Assembly (NCBI GenBank): GCA_038841535.1
Contig: JAWBTQ010000012.1
Span: 1-37,148, forward strand
Length of the DNA: 37,148 nt
Reading direction: 5' to 3'
DNA from: Sulfolobales archaeon
GTDB lineage: Archaea > Thermoproteota > Thermoprotei_A > Sulfolobales > NBVN01
A model generated the notes under the pieces. The model was not told where the DNA came from, made no database searches, and saw only the letters and a list, made by a program, of their open reading frames with translations. The position numbers and the translations under genes are program-made. Shown here in pieces: positions 36,695 through 37,148 of this stretch. The first letter of the stretch is position 1, and the number at the start of each line of letters is the position of its first letter.

Positions 36695-37148
36695 TTGAGC
36701 TACGGGTACTGCGAGATGTGCGGTAGGGCAGTGCTGAGGAGAGAGTTGAAGGTAATCTATGTTGAGAACGTGAGGCTCTCGGTATGTCAATCTTGCTATA
36801 GTCGACTTACTAGAGGTGATATAGCGAAGGAGATAGAGGAAGCTACGAAAACTCAGACACGCAGACCTAAGGTCGCAAGCGAGAGGAAACCTGAGGAGAG
36901 AGTTCTAGATGAATACGAGATCGTCCCAGACTATGCCGATAGAGTTAGGCGAGCTAGAGAGAAGTTGGGGCTGACTCAAAAGGCTTTAGCAGACATGGTC
37001 AAGGAGAGTGAGAACACCATCAAGAGAATAGAGTCTGGGAGACTTGTCCCTACGATAGTGCTGGCAAGAAAGCTCGAGAATGCTCTGTCCATAAAGCTGC
37101 TTGAGCCAGTGGTTGAAGCAGCACAAGCAAGGCTACCGAGTCCAGCGA
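36695..37148 (+). CDS. mbf1: Archaeal multiprotein bridging factor 1 (3'-truncated; absent from the ORF track)
   Basis: Translated by hand from TTG 36695: MSYGYCEMCGR…VCQSC (Zn ribbon) …EIVPDYADRVRRAREKLGLTQKALA…IKRIESGRLVP (HTH); SD GTGAGG. Confidence 0.93.
   Translation, partial: MSYGYCEMCGRAVLRRELKVIYVENVRLSVCQSCYSRLTRGDIAKEIEEATKTQTRRPKVASERKPEERVLDEYEIVPDYADRVRRAREKLGLTQKALADMVKESENTIKRIESGRLVPTIVLARKLENALSIKLLEPVVEAAQARLPSPA

Noticed and set aside
1-37148. CRISPR array, tRNA, rRNA, IS elements
   Set aside because: No regularly spaced repeats, cloverleaf or T-loop context, or transposase ORFs seen in any intergenic gap.

Overview
Archaeal chromosome segment, most consistent with a thermophilic Thermoproteota (Desulfurococcales/Sulfolobales-like) genome: GGTGA-type SD sites, TATA boxes, aMBF1, AlaX-S, PurP paralogues. 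Order: 3' part of ppdK; CDF transporter; PPC/DUF296 protein; an uncharacterised four-gene operon (3716-9166) of type IV pilin-like proteins, three of which are ~510-540 aa paralogues sharing a C-terminal acidic, probably Ca-binding domain; a small helical ORF; a de novo purine cluster (purP divergent from purC-purF*-purD-purT-purE-purS-purQ-purL-purF-purM-purP2) whose divergent promoter region carries a perfect 18-bp inverted repeat; pyrBI; a candidate C/D-box sRNA; AlaX-S; a 1543-aa Ig-repeat surface protein coupled to a MacB/SalY-type permease; a kinase; nadE; an MFS transporter; a 5-FCL-family protein; an ArsB/NhaD permease; and the 5' part of aMBF1. Best leads: the pilin-like triplicated adhesin operon, the pur operator palindrome, a forced non-canonical start for purQ, and the Cys1-less PurF paralogue. 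All family calls are from motif recognition by eye; no searches were run.
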